Below, in pieces: positions 60,359 to 64,000 of a stretch of DNA of 64,000 bases. How positions within the stretch are numbered: the stretch's first letter is position 1; every line of letters starts with the position of its first letter. The stretch comes from Iphione sp. A-MEVVRFRX5 (Eukaryota): assembly GCA_976226885.1 (NCBI GenBank), contig OZ320321.1, forward strand, positions 55,428,001 to 55,492,000, read 5' to 3'. The translations under genes were made by a program, and so were the position numbers. Below the pieces are notes generated by a model. It saw nothing but the letters and a program-made list of their open reading frames with translations. It searched no databases and was not told the DNA's origin.

Positions 60359-62529
60359 GGCAGGATGAGCACACCCCGCGGGCGTTCTTGGCGGATCTTG
60401 CGCAGGACCCTGGGGATGAGAGCGAAAGGCGGGAATAAGTAGGCATTGAGGGAAGACCAGTCGAGGGAGAAGGCATCGGTGGCCCAGGCGCCTGGGTCAG
60501 GCTCCCAGGAGACATAATCTGTAAGTTTATGGTTAGTGGCAGAGGCAAACAGGTCAAGGTTGACTGAAGGGTGATCCTTCAGGATGTCAGCCGCAACTGC
60601 AGGGTGGAGGCTCCACTCTCCCGAGTCCTTGAAGCGGCGGCTAGCTTCGTCCGCTTTGACGTTCAGGACACCGGGGCAGAAGGACATTGTCAATGTAATG
60701 TCCCACTTGGCGCAGTACACCAGTATCTTCCTGGCCAAGTCGTTGCAGGGGGAAGACCTGGCCGAGCCCTTGTTGTTGATTGTCAGCAACGTAGTGGTGT
60801 TGTCGGTGTGGATCCTAACGTGCTTGCCCGAGCACAGGGATCTTGTCTTGATCAGGGCCGCCTTGACCGCCCAGAGCTCGAGCTCGTTGATGTGTCGTCT
60901 TGTCTCGTGGGTTGTCCACGCCTCGCCGTAGGACCAACCCGTGTTTTCCACGAACATACCCCATCCCGTCTTGGACGCGTCTGTGTAAATCTCCACCTGG
61001 ACCGGGGGGTCCTTGATGGCTCTACTGTCCCGGCTTACATGACGCAGCCACCAGTCCAGGTCGTATCTGGATCTGTCAGACAGCTCTGCCCTGGCGTCGA
61101 AGTCCCCATGGGACGCTTTCAGGCCGCGGTTCCTGTCCAGGACGATGTTCATCGTATACAGGTGGGCCAGGGGGATGGCGTGGGAAGTCGCCTGGAGCTT
61201 GCCTGCCAAACAGGCCAGCTGCCTGATCGTGTGGGAGGTCCTGCCTAGGGCCTCCCTGCAAGCGGCCTTGATCTCGTCCGCCTTCCCTTCCGGGAGGTGG
61301 ACCGTAAGGGTCCTGGAGTCAATAAGGAACCCCAGGTGGGCGATCTGCTGCGTGGGGATGAAGACGCTCTTCTTGGGGTGGACCAGGAACCCTAGGTCCT
61401 GCAGCGTCTCCACCAGGATCTTGGTACCTTGAGCGACCACCTCTGGGTCTGCATGGCAGACCACTATGTCATCGAGGTAGGCGGAGATGATCGCGTCCGT
61501 GAGACCGCGGACGTGCCCAAGCACCGCTTTCATCATGGTGGTGAACAGGCGGGGCGCCGAGGAGAGGCCGTTGGGCATGCAGGTGAAACGGTAGCGCTGA
61601 TCGCCCAGGATGAATTGTAGGAAATCCCTGTCTCTCTGTCTTACAGAGACCGAGAAATAAGCGTGGACTATGTCCACCGACGTGAAGTAGAAGTTCCTCC
61701 CGATGAGGGGGAGGAGGGACTCCAGGCCGTCCATCTTGAAGTGACGGTGGGGGACCCACTCGTTGAACTTCTTGAGGTTCAGGATGACCCTGTGGGTGCC
61801 ATCCCTCTTGGGTCTCAAGAAGATGGTAGAGACGAAACTTCTGGCAGAAGGGGTCGCCTTCTCTACCACGCCCTCTGTCAGCATGTCGGAGACCAGGCTG
61901 TGGAAGATGTTGTAGTCCTTGTGGGACTCCTGGATGGAGGGGGCAGAGTCCTGTGTGGGGAATCCGGAGAGTTCCAAAGTCACCCCCTCTGCCAGGTCGC
62001 GGACGAATTGCTTGGCCGTTACCTTGGCCCAGCGGTCAGCCTTGGCCGCGACGCCGCCGGCCCTGAAGGGGCCCGCGTCCGCCTGAAAGGGAAGCACAGG
62101 GGGAGAAACGGCAACAACATGGCAAGGAGGGACACTCACATCTACTTCCTTTTGTGCTGGCTCTTCTTGTGGGTGGCAGGCCCCCTGGCCTGCCGGCGCT
62201 GCCCGTTTTTTGACGGCTGGTGGGGCCGGTGTCCGCCGTGGTTCTTGCGGGGCCGATCTCCGCTGCTGTTGTTGTGGTTGTAGCCGCTGCTGTGTCCGCC
62301 GCCGTGGCCGCCATGGCCGCCATGGCCGCAGTGGTGGCCCCTGGAGTGACCGGGGTTGGAGGGGCCTGCGTGCCCGGAGTGCCTGGGTTGATGCGAGGCT
62401 GGGCGGTGGGCCGGCTTCCTTGCCGTGAGGGCCAGCTCCAACTTGCGGGCCTCCGTGCATTCCTTCATCCTGTCGGGGATGTTCTCCCCGAGCAGAAGGT
62501 CCCAATCCTCTTGGGGACCCGTGAGGCAC
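60205..62529 (-). CDS. DIRS B pol (RT, RNase H, Dam-like methyltransferase domain)
   Basis: STIFLRPKRDGTHRVILNL, VDIVHAY, MPNGL, AYLDD; TDASKTGWG, HINELELWAV, TDNTT, NVKADEASR; DLFAS...DAF...YLFPPF. Confidence 0.94.
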   Translation of the reverse strand: MPHGSPRGLGPSARGEHPRQDEGMHGGPQVGAGPHGKEAGPPPSLASTQALRARRPLQPRSLQGPPLRPWRPWRPRRRTQQRLQPQQQQRRSAPQEPRRTPAPPAVKKRAAPAGQGACHPQEEPAQKEVDVSVPPCHVVAVSPPVLPFQADAGPFRAGGVAAKADRWAKVTAKQFVRDLAEGVTLELSGFPTQDSAPSIQESHKDYNIFHSLVSDMLTEGVVEKATPSARSFVSTIFLRPKRDGTHRVILNLKKFNEWVPHRHFKMDGLESLLPLIGRNFYFTSVDIVHAYFSVSVRQRDRDFLQFILGDQRYRFTCMPNGLSSAPRLFTTMMKAVLGHVRGLTDAIISAYLDDIVVCHADPEVVAQGTKILVETLQDLGFLVHPKKSVFIPTQQIAHLGFLIDSRTLTVHLPEGKADEIKAACREALGRTSHTIRQLACLAGKLQATSHAIPLAHLYTMNIVLDRNRGLKASHGDFDARAELSDRSRYDLDWWLRHVSRDSRAIKDPPVQVEIYTDASKTGWGMFVENTGWSYGEAWTTHETRRHINELELWAVKAALIKTRSLCSGKHVRIHTDNTTTLLTINNKGSARSSPCNDLARKILVYCAKWDITLTMSFCPGVLNVKADEASRRFKDSGEWSLHPAVAADILKDHPSVNLDLFASATNHKLTDYVSWEPDPGAWATDAFSLDWSSLNAYLFPPFALIPRVLRKIRQERPRGVLILPWWKTQPWFNAARTLPRQSERRIQVDRDTLVRGPDETHPQAGAMSLWVLTL

Positions 62530-63716
62530 AGCTTCTTGAACGCGGGGGACAACTTGAATCGGATGATGTCTCTGCGCTGGTGGTTGGACAAGAAGGCTCC
62601 TCTACCCAGGAGTCGGAGGGCCTTGGTCGTGCGGGCCGCCACCACCTGGGGGTCCATGGGGATGCCCACTTCATAGTCCGCGACAATATTCACCAGGGGA
62701 AGAGCCGCAAACTGTATCAGGTGGAGGATTTCGGCCGCTTGTTTGTCCCTGCTGGCATCTGCCTCCTTCAGGACAACCTCCTGGTTCATCCGGGTGCGCT
62801 TGAGAACCTTGATGTTCTCTGGTCTCTCGAGCTCATCGGTAATCTCCTTGGCCTTACCCCGCGTGAGGGGGTAATTCCAATACGTGGAGACCAACCGCTG
62901 TACTGCCTCTGAGGCTGGCCCCTTGGTCTTGTCTTCCACGGCTGGGCGCTCTGCCTGGAACTGATCCAGGCAGCTGGGCAAGGGGGTCGGTACTAGAGCG
63001 GGGACGGACGAGCTCGTTGGAGTCGGCGCGGGTCCCGGGGCTGGAGGAGCCGGAGGGGCCGGGGCCGCAGGCTGAGGAGGCAGGGCGGAAGGGCCAGGGG
63101 TCCCTGCTGGCTGGGCTGGGCCCTGGGGCTCAGGGGCCTCGTCGGAAGACTCGTCCGAGGAAGACTCCGAGTCGCTGGATATCTGGTGCCGCGACCGCTT
63201 CCTGCGAGGCGAGGGGGAGCTTTTCCTACTGGAACGGCTGCTACCCCCGACGCTGCCCTGGCCCCTACACATGGCCTCGAAGCCCAGCTTCAGCATCTGG
63301 GCCATGGGGTTGTTGGCCCCTTGGCCAAACATCTGGGCCCAGAAGTCAGGCTGGGCCCCCGAGCTGCTCCCTGCGTCGGAGCGGGAGTGCGAGACTGAAC
63401 GAGAGCGGGATCTCGATCTGGAGCTCGAGCTTGACCTCGAGCGGATCCTCTTCCTTTTCTTGTCCTTTTTCTTGTGTGATCTGGGGATAGCATCCTTGGC
63501 CTTCGAGAGGCCAGTGCTGGTCCCAGGAGTGATGACCGGGGCCGGAGGCGTTTGGCCGGTCAGGTCCAGGGCCGGGTCCGGAGTGTCCCCTGAGTGAGGG
63601 GCCTGCCCGCACTGCAGGTCAGGGGAGTGTCGGAGTACGACCTCCACCTCCGAATCTGGCCCATTGCTGAACCGGTCGACCTCCAGGTCCGAGCTGGTTC
63701 TGTCCAGGTTGTCCAT
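62142..63716 (-). CDS. DIRS B Gag-like ORF1 (RS-rich, Pro-rich, His/Gly-rich tail)
   Basis: Open 524-aa ORF; core LERPENIKVLKRTRMNQE...WDLLLGENI...EARKLE resembles DIRS ORF1 and parallels element A gag. Confidence 0.82.
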   Translation of the reverse strand: MDNLDRTSSDLEVDRFSNGPDSEVEVVLRHSPDLQCGQAPHSGDTPDPALDLTGQTPPAPVITPGTSTGLSKAKDAIPRSHKKKDKKRKRIRSRSSSSSRSRSRSRSVSHSRSDAGSSSGAQPDFWAQMFGQGANNPMAQMLKLGFEAMCRGQGSVGGSSRSSRKSSPSPRRKRSRHQISSDSESSSDESSDEAPEPQGPAQPAGTPGPSALPPQPAAPAPPAPPAPGPAPTPTSSSVPALVPTPLPSCLDQFQAERPAVEDKTKGPASEAVQRLVSTYWNYPLTRGKAKEITDELERPENIKVLKRTRMNQEVVLKEADASRDKQAAEILHLIQFAALPLVNIVADYEVGIPMDPQVVAARTTKALRLLGRGAFLSNHQRRDIIRFKLSPAFKKLCLTGPQEDWDLLLGENIPDRMKECTEARKLELALTARKPAHRPASHQPRHSGHAGPSNPGHSRGHHCGHGGHGGHGGGHSSGYNHNNSSGDRPRKNHGGHRPHQPSKNGQRRQARGPATHKKSQHKRK

Positions 63717-63744
63717 ACTGGGGACAAGTGGGACAAGCAGACTG

Positions 63745-64000
63745 GTAAACTGAAGGCAGGAAACTGAAGGCCGAGCAACTGAAGGCCGGAAACTGAAGTC
63801 TGGGAAAAACTGAAGTCTGCAACTGAAGTCTGGAAACTGAAGTCTGGGTAACTGAAGTCTGGAAACTGAAGTCTGAAGTCAGGAAACTGAAGTCTGAAGT
63901 CAGGAATGAAGTCTTGGAAAAAACTGAAGTCTGGAGGATGAAGTCTGGAAGAGTGAAGTCTGGGAAGAAGTCTGGAAGGTTGAAGTCTTGAGTCTTGAAG
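63745..64000. repeat. Tandem array of (A)ACTGAAGTCTG(G) variants in the DIRS B 5' region
   Basis: More than 12 imperfect copies of GAAGTCTG with variable spacers. Confidence 0.9.

Larger units (their letters stand above)
58662..64000 (-). mobile_element. DIRS-type retrotransposon B, GC-rich, ORFs intact, 5' end beyond the window
   Basis: 72-bp inverted repeat 58662-58733 / 58842-58913 (one mismatch) plus the remaining ICR arm 58914-58948; gag, pol and YR ORFs all open. Confidence 0.95.

Noticed and set aside
59247-63822. Many long overlapping and antisense ORFs (e.g. 60571-61248, 61663-62283, 62220-62912)
   Set aside because: Shadow frames of GC-rich DIRS coding sequence, with no recognisable motifs.

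Overview
Eukaryotic (animal, most likely marine invertebrate) genomic DNA of roughly 40% GC, with GT-AG spliceosomal genes densely interleaved with transposons. Host genes: ATAD1/Msp1 (+, 10 coding exons, 10509-20537), a C2orf81-like gene (-, 23544-37067), ENKD1 (+, 41313-45394; apparently sharing a divergent promoter with the C2orf81-like gene), and an unidentified gene (-, at least 48165-57577) inferred only from phase-consistent exons. Mobile DNA: a gag-only Ty3/gypsy-type LTR element (652-3118); a full-length but decayed L1/Tx1-type LINE (3309-10195, 12-bp TSD) whose ORF1 ends in a NADAR/YbiA-like domain and which carries a nested solo LTR and a MITE; two DIRS-type tyrosine-recombinase retrotransposons (28032-32795, complete but frameshifted; 58662 to beyond 64000, all three ORFs open); a 5'-truncated CR1/L2-type LINE; a decayed Sola-like transposase; a tRNA-derived SINE head; and many MITEs. 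The most notable observations are the LINE ORF1-NADAR fusion, an identical TAG-NN-GTGAGT splice-donor motif right after the gag stop of both divergent DIRS elements, and about 10-fold enrichment of TACATGTA, a probable Tc1/mariner excision footprint, one copy of which sits in-frame inside the LINE ORF2. All family assignments come from motif recognition by eye; no database search was run.
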